From: Escherichia phage SelmaRatti
Direction: 5' to 3' (one strand)
Length of the DNA: 64,000 bases
Sequence record: MZ501103
The translations under genes and the position numbers were made by a program. Below, piece after piece: positions 18,916 to 28,959 of the stretch. The first letter of the stretch is position 1. Each line of letters opens with the position of its first letter. The notes beneath the pieces were generated by a model, which had not been told where the DNA came from, did no database searches, and was given only the letters and a program-made list of their open reading frames with translations.

Positions 18916-20742
18916 TTATTTAAGATTTAAGTGTTTTACTCTACCAAGCACTTCTTTTTGTTTCCCAGAATTGAAAGGCCTACTGCCCGGGGATCCCAGG
19001 TACCCGCAAACCCTACGTGTAACCTCTATTTCTTCAGATCCACAACCCGGACATACAAACCCACGTTCAGAAGCAACAGATTCACCCATATATCCGCAGT
19101 TGAAACACTCATCAATTGGTATATTAACACCAATATAATGGCTACATTCTAGCCCCTTATCCACCACATACTCAAGAGCTTTGTGGAACTTTTTCATTTG
19201 AGGTAGTTCCACAAATGATATATTACCACCATTAGCTATTTTGGTAAAATGAGCTTCGTACTCAAATTTAGTATCTGGGGCTACTTTCTCTCTTACGTCC
19301 AAATGGTGACTATTAGTAAGATAGCCTTTATCTGTTAACCAAGAATACTCTGGGAACCTACGTTCTAGTAATTTATTAAAACGATTACATAGAGACTCAC
19401 TAGGAGTAGCATACAAGCTAAACCCAAGATTAGTCTCATTAGCTTTAACTTCGCAACGATTTTTTAGGTGAGTGAGAACTTCCTCTGTAAATTCAATACA
19501 ATCCCTATGGGTTTGTGGTAGACCAAACATTATTTGGCACATCTCATAGACCCCAATGTATCCAAGAGATACAGAAGATCTACCCTCAAAAATAGGCCAT
19601 ACATACTCTTCCCCATCTAAACGCACACCAAAACCCCCGTGCATATAAAGAATAGGGGCTTGTTTAGCCTTCACTTTCTTAAGTCTATTTAAGAAAAAAT
19701 CATGAGCTTCAAAAGCCTCATCCACATATTTGTCCAGAATATCCCAGAAATCTTCAAAAACCCCATCTGCCTCAGCAGCAACCATAGGTAGATTAATAGA
19801 CACTACACCTAAATTATTGCGCCCTGCAATTTCTCCGGAGGGGATAGCAGATAAAAAGCTACGACAACCCATAGGTGCTTTAAAATCACCAGTAACAGCT
19901 ACAACTTTCTCGTAACTTAAATAGTCCGGGTACATACGGGTAGCAGAACACTCAAGTGCTAGCTGTTTTATATCGTAGTTAGGGTCGCCTGGATTTTTAT
20001 TTAACCCTTCTTTAACTGAGAATACTAGTTTAGGGAAGATAGGGGTTGACTCAGCAGCACCTAAACCTTTAATACGGTTTTGGAGGATGGCTTTCTGAAT
20101 CATCCTTTCCTCCCACCCCTGTCCTAGCCCAAAGCCAAGCGTAACAAAAGGAGTCTGTCCATTAGAGTTAAATAATGAATTAGTTTCATACTCTAGGGCT
20201 TGGAATGCGTCATAACACTCTTTTTCAGTAAGTTCAGTAGCATATACAGCAGCTTTCCTTTCATCCTTGAGCCAACGTAGACCACGACCCAGATGTTTAT
20301 TGTAAGACTTTCTGACATACGGGGCTAGAACCTCATCGATACGATCAATAGAGGTGCCACCATACTGAGCACCAGATACTTGGGCAATAATCTGAGCAGT
20401 GATTGCACATGCAGTAGTTATGGATTTAGGAGTTTCAATATTTGCATTACCAATTTTAGTACCATTCTTCAGCATGCTACCAAGGTCTACTAAGCAACAG
20501 TTAGTGTACCCCTGTGCTCTGTAATCCATATCATGAATGTGTATCTTACCTAGATTATGGGCGTCTAACAGGTGTTTAGGTAACTCTTGCGATACTAAAT
20601 ACTTGTTAACTTCCCCAGCTAATAAGTCTCTTTGAGTATGGAACATCTCACTAGGTTTATTAGCATTATTATGCTGTAAATCCTTATCCGCAGTTAGAGT
20701 GAGCAGACCTTTGCAATTCTCAATTAATTCATTCTCTGTCAT
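18916..20742 (-). CDS. nrdD: anaerobic ribonucleoside-triphosphate reductase
   Basis: C-terminal Cys cluster CFNCGY...CPGCG and glycyl-radical motif RRVCGYLG; 608 aa. Confidence 0.85.
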   Translation of the reverse strand: MTENELIENCKGLLTLTADKDLQHNNANKPSEMFHTQRDLLAGEVNKYLVSQELPKHLLDAHNLGKIHIHDMDYRAQGYTNCCLVDLGSMLKNGTKIGNANIETPKSITTACAITAQIIAQVSGAQYGGTSIDRIDEVLAPYVRKSYNKHLGRGLRWLKDERKAAVYATELTEKECYDAFQALEYETNSLFNSNGQTPFVTLGFGLGQGWEERMIQKAILQNRIKGLGAAESTPIFPKLVFSVKEGLNKNPGDPNYDIKQLALECSATRMYPDYLSYEKVVAVTGDFKAPMGCRSFLSAIPSGEIAGRNNLGVVSINLPMVAAEADGVFEDFWDILDKYVDEAFEAHDFFLNRLKKVKAKQAPILYMHGGFGVRLDGEEYVWPIFEGRSSVSLGYIGVYEMCQIMFGLPQTHRDCIEFTEEVLTHLKNRCEVKANETNLGFSLYATPSESLCNRFNKLLERRFPEYSWLTDKGYLTNSHHLDVREKVAPDTKFEYEAHFTKIANGGNISFVELPQMKKFHKALEYVVDKGLECSHYIGVNIPIDECFNCGYMGESVASERGFVCPGCGSEEIEVTRRVCGYLGSPGSRPFNSGKQKEVLGRVKHLNLK

Positions 20743-21634
20743 TGATTATTTCCTCGATAAACTTTATAGCTACTTTTGGTTCAATATTGAAGAATTCCGT
20801 AGCACCGTCAAAATCTTTGTACTGGCAATTCTGCTCTTTAAAGTAGTTATGGGCTAATTTTTCTATTAGAACTGCACCACTATATTCTCCAATTTCAAAT
20901 ACTTTAATTATTTCCAAATCAGTAAGGTGGCTACTAGACCTAATATGTAGAAGTCTACGCTCTGGATTGTTAGATCTACCTATTTTAACTCCGTGTGATG
21001 GGCTATGCATAACATATATCTTAGTACTTTCTAAATCTCTATAACTACAGTAAGGACAACCATTCCCTCTTAATACAGATCCTGGAGTAGCTTCCCACCT
21101 ATGCCCTGCACCACAAAGAAAGGCGGTCTTAGTATTCGCATTACTATACTCACCCACTATTCTGATATTTCTGGCAGCAAGACGATCATTTATAGTATTA
21201 ACACTAAGTTTCTGTTTATTAGCAGCACAAGATGGGCAGCCACTACCTCTATTAATTATACTATTAAGTGTAGTAGCCCACTCATGACCACAAACACACC
21301 TAAATTTAGTATTTATATCAGCACTATTTTTATAGCCGTTCAACAATGTAATACCTCTGTCCTGTAATATAGTATTAATTTTATCAATATCTAGTTTACG
21401 GCTACTAATAGAGCAAGTATGACACTTGGTCTTTCCATTCCTAATGGCGTCAAATTTAGCTGTCCATTGATGACCGTATTCGCACTGATACGTATGCCTA
21501 TACCTAGAATTTTGATATGGCTTATCCACCATAGTAAAACCACGCTCGGCTAGGCATTTATCTACTTCTTCTTGAGTTAATTTTTTCGGCATTCCACTTC
21601 TCCACAGAATTTTTACACCTATTATACTAAACAT
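20729..21634 (-). CDS. zinc-ribbon repeat + T5orf172/GIY-YIG-like domain protein (homing-endonuclease-like)
   Basis: Three C..GH.W...C..C repeats and C-terminal IYVMHSPSHGVKIGRSNNPERRL. Confidence 0.6.
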   Translation of the reverse strand: MFSIIGVKILWRSGMPKKLTQEEVDKCLAERGFTMVDKPYQNSRYRHTYQCEYGHQWTAKFDAIRNGKTKCHTCSISSRKLDIDKINTILQDRGITLLNGYKNSADINTKFRCVCGHEWATTLNSIINRGSGCPSCAANKQKLSVNTINDRLAARNIRIVGEYSNANTKTAFLCGAGHRWEATPGSVLRGNGCPYCSYRDLESTKIYVMHSPSHGVKIGRSNNPERRLLHIRSSSHLTDLEIIKVFEIGEYSGAVLIEKLAHNYFKEQNCQYKDFDGATEFFNIEPKVAIKFIEEIINDRE

Positions 21635-21649
21635 TATCCACTATGTCAA
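21621..21649 (-). promoter_or_regulatory. sigma70-type promoter of divergent pair (minus arm)
   Basis: rc reads TTGACA-17-TATAAT. Confidence 0.55.
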
Positions 21650-21786
21650 TTAAAATTTTCTTTCGCCATCTAATACTGTAATATTTCGCGTATAAATAAA
21701 TGATTATCTAGTATCATATTTCTACCTTTATAAGCAAGTAAATTTTTTATTTAAAAGCAATATCATAGGTTTATTTAAAATTATAC

Positions 21787-21815
21787 TTGCTTTTTGCTGT
21801 AAACCTTGTTATAAT
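21787..21815 (+). promoter_or_regulatory. sigma70-type promoter of divergent pair (plus arm, phoH)
   Basis: TTGCTT-17-TATAAT. Confidence 0.55.
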
Positions 21816-21891
21816 ATATTTGTAAGTTGATAAACAAGATCTCTTTGTTGATCCTCTGTTAGAAGCGAAGTACACTATAGGAGTGTTATTT

Positions 21892-22644
21892 ATGGGAAAA
21901 GCACGTCAAAAAAGAGAGAACCGCAATGGTTCAAGAAAGCGTGGCAACAAATATGAGAATAACGTAATTCAGGCTGATTTTTCTAATGATTACGCTAACC
22001 CAGTTGCTAAATCCCTAGTAGGTAAAAACCGAGAGCAAAAATCATATATCAATATGATCAAGAACAACACAGTGACTGTGGGTATTGGTGAGCCAGGTAC
22101 TGGTAAAACCTTTATCCCGTCTGTTCTTGCAGCTCAGGAACTCGTAGACATTCACTCAGATATTGAGCAAGTGATTCTAGTCCGTCCTAATGAACCTCTA
22201 GGTAAGTCTCTTGGTATGCTTCCTGGTGATCTAGCAGAAAAGCTAGAGCCTTGGTTAGAGCCAATAGCTGATGGTATGAAATGGGCCATCGGTGATCATG
22301 CCTATAATGGGTATGTCGAACGTCAGAAAATTAAATTTTTGGCTGTAGAACATGCTCGTGGCAGAACTTTCAACAACTCCTATGTAATTGTCGATGAAGC
22401 TCAGAATATTTCCGTTGAGGCAATGATTTGTCTCCTAACTCGTGTAGGACAAGACTGCCGTTTAATTATCTGTGGAGATATAGCTCAGAAAGACATTAAA
22501 GGTGACTCAGGTCTAGCACTCCTTATGGAAGTCTATGAAAAATACGAAAATGCCCCATTCTCAATGATCGAATTGATTGATAACGTTCGTTCTGTTGAGT
22601 CTAAAGCATTCTATGATATTTTTAAAGACATGGGGAAGGTGTAA
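21892..22644 (+). CDS. phoH: PhoH-like ATPase
   Basis: Walker A GEPGTGKTF, Walker B VIVDEAQN; ATG 21892 chosen for RBS spacing. Confidence 0.8.
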   Translation: MGKARQKRENRNGSRKRGNKYENNVIQADFSNDYANPVAKSLVGKNREQKSYINMIKNNTVTVGIGEPGTGKTFIPSVLAAQELVDIHSDIEQVILVRPNEPLGKSLGMLPGDLAEKLEPWLEPIADGMKWAIGDHAYNGYVERQKIKFLAVEHARGRTFNNSYVIVDEAQNISVEAMICLLTRVGQDCRLIICGDIAQKDIKGDSGLALLMEVYEKYENAPFSMIELIDNVRSVESKAFYDIFKDMGKV

Positions 22645-22645
22645 T

Positions 22646-22843
22646 ATGGGAGACGTTGTACATCTACACCGAAAAACTAAAATACATCGTACTTCACTGA
22701 GTGCTGCTAATATGATTACACGTAAGGAAGGGGAAGAAAGTCCTAAGACTACCCTAGCGTGGAAAATTGTAACCTCAAATCCAAATCGGCCCTTCAATTA
22801 TAATGAACTAAGTACCTCAATAGATATTCTGCTGAGAACTTAA
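22646..22843 (+). CDS. hypothetical small protein (65 aa)
   Basis: RBS gggaagg then ATG; the longer 22577 ORF overlaps phoH. Confidence 0.35.
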   Translation: MGDVVHLHRKTKIHRTSLSAANMITRKEGEESPKTTLAWKIVTSNPNRPFNYNELSTSIDILLRT

Positions 22844-22872
22844 GTGGCCAAAAACTAGACTGACAACACAGA

Positions 22873-22906
22873 AGGCCTGGGTATGAAAATGCTCGGGCCT
22901 TTTCTA
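22873..22906 (+). terminator. hairpin terminator upstream of nrdA
   Basis: GC-rich imperfect stem then ttttct; shares cgggccttttctat with the 44216 terminator. Confidence 0.4.
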
Positions 22907-22987
22907 TCAGAAAATTTTATTTGCCAAATGACTGAGAATAAAGTAAACTATTTCCTAAATCCTGATAACTATAAAAAGGAAAGCCAA

Positions 22988-25900
22988 ATGAGCCATCGCA
23001 TTGAAAAAGTAATTAAACGTGACGGTACTGTAGAAGACTTTGCTCCTGAAAAACTCAATGGTTGGGCAGAGTATGGTTGCAAAACAGTTGATGTAAGTTG
23101 GTCAGCCATTACTATGGCTGCTCAAAAAACCCTACCTAAAGGGGTTGTAGATTCCGACACTCTTATGGACGCATTAATTAAAGCTGCTGAAAGTCTTATC
23201 AAAGATAACCCAGCATACGATGTGCCAGCAAAGGAATTACGTCTTGCGCAAATGCGTAAGCGCCTTTATGACTCTTTCGAACCACCTTCTCTACGCTTCT
23301 TCCATGACCACATGGTTAGCGTAGGTACATGGGAAGACATGAGTGCATGGATTACCGATGAGCAATTTGAAGCTCTGAATCAGGTTATCGACCATGATCG
23401 TGACCGTCTTTTTACTAGTGGTGGGCTGAAGCAGTTCTTTGATAAGTATTCACGTCGTAACATAGCCACTGGTGAAATTTACGAAACCCCTCAATTCGCC
23501 TATATGGGTATGGCAATGGCGATGTTATCTCAACCTAACTGGACAATTCTAGATGCAATCGATCTCTACAATGCAATGTCGCTCCACAAGATCAACGTTC
23601 CTACGCCGCCATTGGTTGGCTTGCGCTCTAGTGACCGTGGATTTGCTAGTTGCTGCCTCGTGGATTCCACTGACACATTGGATTCAATCGACACAGCAGA
23701 GCACATCGTCTTCAAAATGGTCGCAGCCAGAGCGGGAATCGGGTATCATCTTGAAAGCAGATCAATTGCTGATCCGGTGCGAAATGGGGCATTCCCGCAT
23801 TCCGGAAAACTGCCATATTATCGACACATTGACCGCTCAGTAAAGGCCAATACTCAGCAAACTCGTGGTGGTTCTGCTACAGTGTCTTATCCATACTTCG
23901 ACCCTGAAATCATTCAATTGATGCAGGTTAAGCAACAACGTGCTACAGATGAGAATAAAATCGATAAGATGGATTATTCTCTGAGCTTTAACAATCTTTT
24001 GTTAAAACGTTATCTTAAAAACGAAGATATTACGCTAATGTCATACTTCTATGCTCCAGAAGTTCATGAAGCGTTTTATAGTGATGACGAGGCTAAATTT
24101 GAAGAAATCTACGTGGCAGCGGAGAAACGTGTGGCATCTCTTACAAAAATCGACCACGAAGGAAAAACAGTTCCAGCAGCTCCTAAAGTCTCTGCAAAAG
24201 AAATCCTAGATACTTGGCTACGTATCCGAATGGAAACAGGACGTATGTACGCTCACCACATCGGGGAATCTAATCGTCACGGTAACTTTCTTGATCCAAT
24301 CCGTATGACTAACCTTTGTGTAGCTCCAGAAACAAAAATTTTAACCAAAAATGGTAACATAGAGATTATTGATTTAGTTGGTAAAGAAGTAGAGATTTGG
24401 AACGGGCAAGAATGGTCAACAGTTATCCCTGCTAAAACTGGGGAAGCTCAGGAGTTGATGAAAATCACATTCTCTGATGGATCTACTATTGAATCTACTC
24501 TTTATCATAAGTTCTACCACCAGCCCAAATATGTAAGAGAGGATCGTAGTACCTCCTTCAAACAGGGTCTAGAAGAGGTACGAGCAGTAGACTTGCAAGT
24601 AGGTATGAAAATGCCTAAATTTAGTAATCCTATTGTAGATCATGGAAATATGGTACTAAAATCTCCTTATACTAACGGTTTCTTCACTGGAGATGGAACT
24701 TATGGAAGACATGGAGAACCTAAGCTGTACTTCTATGAAAAAGGAGGCAAACTACCATTAGTGGATAAAATTGACGCAAAGATTCAGGGAAGTGGATTAC
24801 TGGACAGCACAGGTAGACTGAGTTATATTGTTAAGTCTGATTTAATGCCGAAGTATTTTGTACCTGGCCCAGAATACACTATTGATAGCCGTATCAAATG
24901 GTTAGAGGGATATTTAGATGCAGATGGCTGCATACAGAAAAATGGCACAACCCCTAGTATTGTGGTTGCTTCGGCAGAGCCTGATTTTCTAAGTAAAGTG
25001 AAGGATTTGTTACTAGAATTGGGGATTACTAGCAAGATTATTTTAGGACGCCAAGAAGGTGACTACGAGTTACCAGATGGTACTGGTAGTAGTAGTAAAC
25101 TATACCACTGCAAGGAGACTAGTAGGCTTATTGTGGGGAGTAGTGGCTTCTGGAAACTTAAAGATTTAGGACTCTCTTTGGATAAAGAGAAACTCTTAAA
25201 CCTAACACGCCCCAATAGAGACGCAACCCGTTTTGTAACTGTAACTAACGTTGAGTTTACTGGTCGTATTAGTGATACCTATTGCTTTACAGAACCTAAA
25301 TTAAACTTGGGTGTATTTAATGGCATTTTAGCTGGTAACTGTGTAGAGATTACTCAGCCTACACGCCCGTTCCACCACATCACAGAGCTGTATAAGACAA
25401 AAGAGCAGCTTGATCAAATGAAGCCGGAGGATATTGGTGAAGTATCTCTGTGTAACTTAGGTGGTGTTGTACTTGGACGCATGGAATCTCTGGCTGAGTG
25501 GGAAAAAACTTGCTACATCCTTCTGAAATTCGTTGATACAATTATTGAAATTCAGGATTATCCGTTCCCAACTATGGAATATACGGCTAAGAAACGTCGT
25601 AATGTTGGTATTGGCCTGATGAACGCAGCAGGTGCAATGGCAGCAGAAGGTCTGGCTTATGAAGGTATTGAAGCCCGTAACTGGATTCACCGTGAGGCTG
25701 AAAAACTGTCTTACTTCCTGCATAAAGCCTCTGTACGCCTAGCTAAAGAACAGGGCGCATGTGAGTGGTTTGATCGTACTAAACCATCTAAAGGAATTCT
25801 GGTAATCGACACTTACAAGAAAACTGTTGATGAACTGGTATCCGTAGGTCTAGAAATGGATTGGGAATCTCTGCGTGCAGATATTCTGAAATACGGTATG

Positions 25901-26344
25901 CGTAACTCTGTTCTGACTGCGCAGATGCCTGGAGAAAGCTCTTCTGTACTATTGGGTGTTACCAACTCAATTGAGCCACCTCGTAAGATTGTATCTATCA
26001 AGGGTAGTGCAGTGAATAAAGTAATTGCAATTGCTCCAGGTGCAACCGATTGGGATACTCTCATGAGCTATAAACTGGCCTATGATATTGATCGCACTGA
26101 GTGGATCAAGTGGAACGCCGTTTACCAAAAATTCTTGAGTCAGTCATCAAGTTTCCAGATGTATTATGATTACTCTAAATTCGAGAATGAAATCATCCCT
26201 GGCCCAGTAGTAGTTCGTGACTTTATGACTGCGGTTAAGTATGGTATAAAAACCTGGTATTATGCTAACTTTAACACTGCGAATGGTGGAGGAGCTGGTG
26301 AAGAGGCGGCAACAGGTTGTGCATCAGGCGGTTGTCAGTTATAA
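22988..26344 (+). CDS. nrdA: ribonucleotide reductase large subunit (class Ia) with in-frame intein
   Basis: MSHRIEKVIKRDG matches NrdA N-terminus; C-terminal CxxC tail; RBS aaaaggaaag; upstream part of the 22883 ORF is a terminator/leader. Confidence 0.9.
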   Translation: MSHRIEKVIKRDGTVEDFAPEKLNGWAEYGCKTVDVSWSAITMAAQKTLPKGVVDSDTLMDALIKAAESLIKDNPAYDVPAKELRLAQMRKRLYDSFEPPSLRFFHDHMVSVGTWEDMSAWITDEQFEALNQVIDHDRDRLFTSGGLKQFFDKYSRRNIATGEIYETPQFAYMGMAMAMLSQPNWTILDAIDLYNAMSLHKINVPTPPLVGLRSSDRGFASCCLVDSTDTLDSIDTAEHIVFKMVAARAGIGYHLESRSIADPVRNGAFPHSGKLPYYRHIDRSVKANTQQTRGGSATVSYPYFDPEIIQLMQVKQQRATDENKIDKMDYSLSFNNLLLKRYLKNEDITLMSYFYAPEVHEAFYSDDEAKFEEIYVAAEKRVASLTKIDHEGKTVPAAPKVSAKEILDTWLRIRMETGRMYAHHIGESNRHGNFLDPIRMTNLCVAPETKILTKNGNIEIIDLVGKEVEIWNGQEWSTVIPAKTGEAQELMKITFSDGSTIESTLYHKFYHQPKYVREDRSTSFKQGLEEVRAVDLQVGMKMPKFSNPIVDHGNMVLKSPYTNGFFTGDGTYGRHGEPKLYFYEKGGKLPLVDKIDAKIQGSGLLDSTGRLSYIVKSDLMPKYFVPGPEYTIDSRIKWLEGYLDADGCIQKNGTTPSIVVASAEPDFLSKVKDLLLELGITSKIILGRQEGDYELPDGTGSSSKLYHCKETSRLIVGSSGFWKLKDLGLSLDKEKLLNLTRPNRDATRFVTVTNVEFTGRISDTYCFTEPKLNLGVFNGILAGNCVEITQPTRPFHHITELYKTKEQLDQMKPEDIGEVSLCNLGGVVLGRMESLAEWEKTCYILLKFVDTIIEIQDYPFPTMEYTAKKRRNVGIGLMNAAGAMAAEGLAYEGIEARNWIHREAEKLSYFLHKASVRLAKEQGACEWFDRTKPSKGILVIDTYKKTVDELVSVGLEMDWESLRADILKYGMRNSVLTAQMPGESSSVLLGVTNSIEPPRKIVSIKGSAVNKVIAIAPGATDWDTLMSYKLAYDIDRTEWIKWNAVYQKFLSQSSSFQMYYDYSKFENEIIPGPVVVRDFMTAVKYGIKTWYYANFNTANGGGAGEEAATGCASGGCQL
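24317..25339 (+). mobile_element. LAGLIDADG intein in NrdA (341 aa) at the catalytic Cys
   Basis: Exteins join to MTNL|CVEITQP (conserved NLCxEI); intein starts CVAPETKIL, ends ...GILAGN|C; LEGYLDADGCIQ motif. Confidence 0.8.
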
Positions 26345-26352
26345 TAAAAACA

Positions 26353-26380
26353 AGGAGATCTTCGGGTCTCCTTTTTCTTT
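26353..26380 (+). terminator. rho-independent terminator after nrdA
   Basis: aggagatc-ttcg-ggtctcct then tttttcttt. Confidence 0.6.
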
Positions 26381-26390
26381 GAAATTTTAC

Positions 26391-26419
26391 TTGCTAATCG
26401 CTACCAGATTTGCTATAAT
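26391..26419 (+). promoter_or_regulatory. sigma70-type early promoter (nrdB)
   Basis: TTGCTA-17-TATAAT. Confidence 0.55.
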
Positions 26420-26450
26420 ATTCCTGAAATAGTGAGAAAGAGGAAAATCA

Positions 26451-27596
26451 ATGACTACTTTACTAAACCTGAATTGGGATCATACTAATGCTGACCTTTT
26501 CCTGGGAGATTCTCTCGGTATCGCAGATTATGTACGTGTAGCACATCCAGAACTAGAACGTCTGGCGTTATTAGCTCGCTCTCAATTTTGGACTGAAACT
26601 GAAATCAGTCTGGAAGCAGATAAGAAACAATGGCCTAATCTCCCACGAGAAATTCAGGAAATTACCCTCCTGAACTTAGCATGGCAGACTCAAACAGATT
26701 CTTTCATTAGTCGCGCGCCTGAAGCAGCTATTATGCCGCTTGTAAGTCGTCCAGAATTGGAAGGCATGCTCAAACAGTGGAGCTATTTTGAAGACCTGCA
26801 TAGTCGTGCTTATAGCAATATTATTCGTAATGTTCTGACTGATCCAGCAGAATTTATTGATTCTGTAACCAAAAACCAAGAAGCATTCGCACGCATCGCT
26901 GATTCTGTTGAACTATTCGATGAACTGTACCAGTTAGGTCAGTATTTCATCGCAGTACGCGATCATCGTGGTGACAATACATATCCAGAAACTGAGTTCC
27001 CTGAAGTTAAACGTGAAACTCAGGCTAAGCTATTAGACGCTTACTTTGCGATCTATGGTCTGGAAGCAATGCAGTTTTACGCATCCTTTGCATGTACCTT
27101 TGCATTAGCAGAGAACGATATTCTGCAAGGTATTGCTAAAAATCTGCAATTAATCGCTAAAGATGAAGCTCTGCACACTCAGATGTCCAAAGCAATCATC
27201 CAGATTATGTTCCAGCAGTTTGACAAAGATCTGGTGGATGAAGCAGTGGCTAAAGCACCAGCACAGCTCCTGAAAACTCTGAAAACTGAAATTGAATGGG
27301 GTCACTTCATTTTCAAAGGTCGTAGTCTTATTGGCTTGAATGCAGAACTTCTAGAAGAATATCTGTACTTTGTGGGGCGTAATGCATTTATGCACATCGG
27401 TGTAGAATGGCCTAGTCATTTACCAGCAATCACTAAGAACCCCATTCCGTGGATCATGAACTGGCTGGATACCACTTCTTTACAGCCTGCTCCACAAGAA
27501 ATCCAGATCGGTGCAGCATATCGTGTAGGTCAAGTCACCGAAACCTCTACTGATACTCTGAAAGATCTGGGTAATGAATTTGGAGATTTCTTATGA
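26451..27596 (+). CDS. nrdB: ribonucleotide reductase small subunit
   Basis: 381 aa directly after nrdA with own promoter; di-iron ligand-like E/H pattern. Confidence 0.85.
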   Translation: MTTLLNLNWDHTNADLFLGDSLGIADYVRVAHPELERLALLARSQFWTETEISLEADKKQWPNLPREIQEITLLNLAWQTQTDSFISRAPEAAIMPLVSRPELEGMLKQWSYFEDLHSRAYSNIIRNVLTDPAEFIDSVTKNQEAFARIADSVELFDELYQLGQYFIAVRDHRGDNTYPETEFPEVKRETQAKLLDAYFAIYGLEAMQFYASFACTFALAENDILQGIAKNLQLIAKDEALHTQMSKAIIQIMFQQFDKDLVDEAVAKAPAQLLKTLKTEIEWGHFIFKGRSLIGLNAELLEEYLYFVGRNAFMHIGVEWPSHLPAITKNPIPWIMNWLDTTSLQPAPQEIQIGAAYRVGQVTETSTDTLKDLGNEFGDFL

Positions 27597-28126
27597 TTAC
27601 AGCAATGTATGCAGTTGGGCCGAATGGAGAGTTCGGCCTCCGAGGTAAACTTCCCTGGGGTTCCTTCAAAGAAGAACTAGATGCTTTCTATTCTCAACTG
27701 GACGTGTTGAATCCAGATAACATCATCATTGGTGCGGGTACTTATTTAGCACTTCCAGAAGTTGTTCGGCAACGTATGATTGGAGAATCTGACCTCTTTA
27801 TTCGTGCGGATCGTCCTCTGCCTGATGATATTAAACATGGTATTTACACTCCAATTTCTAAGATTGGGGATACATTACCTACATTCTTAAAAGATCAACA
27901 GACAGTGGTTTTAGGTGGCGCAACATTACTGTACGAAATGTATATTCATGGACATATTGAAAGTGCTTTTGTATCAACAATCTTTAGTAATCAAAAACTA
28001 GAGGCAGATGTACATCTGGATAATATGATTCTAGATTACAACTATGAATCTACTCGTTTAGTTTACGCAACCGGCGCAAACAGTGATAACAGCCTGCGAT
28101 TTGTACAGGAATTGGTTACTTATTAA
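27593..28126 (+). CDS. dihydrofolate reductase
   Basis: 177 aa, overlapping start with nrdB stop, directly upstream of thyA. Confidence 0.65.
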   Translation: MITAMYAVGPNGEFGLRGKLPWGSFKEELDAFYSQLDVLNPDNIIIGAGTYLALPEVVRQRMIGESDLFIRADRPLPDDIKHGIYTPISKIGDTLPTFLKDQQTVVLGGATLLYEMYIHGHIESAFVSTIFSNQKLEADVHLDNMILDYNYESTRLVYATGANSDNSLRFVQELVTY

Positions 28127-28959
28127 TGAAACAGTATATTGATTTAATTAATAAAGTTTTATCTGAGGGAACTCACGTGTCTGACCGGACAGGTGTAGGT
28201 ACTATCTCTTCCCTAAATAATATTGTCTCTTTTGACCTTACTAAAGGGTTTCCAGCAGTAACAACAAAAGCACTAGCGTGGAAATCCGTGGTAGGGGAGT
28301 TGTTGTGGTTCCTCTCAGGATCCACTAACTTGTATGATCTAGAAGAGTATACTCATGGGACTAGAGGAGAGAAGCGTACTATCTGGCATCCTAATTATGA
28401 AAAACAAGGGGTCGAAAAAGGCTACACTGAAGGTTATCTGGGATATATTTATGGGAAAACCTGGAGAGACTTCTTCGGCACAGACCAGATTATGAAACTA
28501 ATCGAGGATATCAAATCCGATACTTTTCATAATAGAAAAATGGTAGTCTCAGCATGGAATCCTGCAAAACTTGACGACGTTGTGCTTTCCCCCTGCCACG
28601 TAATGTTCTCCGTAAACCAAAGAGATGGACACCTACACTTAACATGGTACCAGGTTAGTTGTGATGTATTTCTGGGATTACCATTTAATATAGCTAGCTA
28701 TGCCTTACTCTGTCATATTTTAGCTGCACTCACAGGAAAGAAACCTGGGTCAGTAACGGGACATCTTGTGGACACTCATATTTACTTAAATCACCTAGAC
28801 CAAGTAAAGGAGCAAGTAACTAGAGAACCCCTGGAGCTACCTAGACTAGTGCTACCAAACTTCTCTTCCTTAGAAGATCTTCTGGCCCTAACACCCAAAG
28901 ACTTTATCCTGGAAGAATATAAACATCACCCTAAATTAACTGGTAAAATGGCAGCATGA
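28126..28959 (+). CDS. thyA: thymidylate synthase
   Basis: Active-site VLSPCHVMF (PCH motif); 277 aa. Confidence 0.85.
   Translation: MKQYIDLINKVLSEGTHVSDRTGVGTISSLNNIVSFDLTKGFPAVTTKALAWKSVVGELLWFLSGSTNLYDLEEYTHGTRGEKRTIWHPNYEKQGVEKGYTEGYLGYIYGKTWRDFFGTDQIMKLIEDIKSDTFHNRKMVVSAWNPAKLDDVVLSPCHVMFSVNQRDGHLHLTWYQVSCDVFLGLPFNIASYALLCHILAALTGKKPGSVTGHLVDTHIYLNHLDQVKEQVTREPLELPRLVLPNFSSLEDLLALTPKDFILEEYKHHPKLTGKMAA

Noticed and set aside
21635-21880. Possible small gene in the phoH/T5orf172 divergent intergenic region
   Set aside because: Region is explained by two divergent promoters and AT-rich UP-like sequence; no ORF with an RBS
22883-22987. N-terminal 35-codon extension of the nrdA ORF
   Set aside because: The extension covers the upstream terminator hairpin; the conserved NrdA N-terminus (MSHRIEK) begins at 22988 with a good RBS
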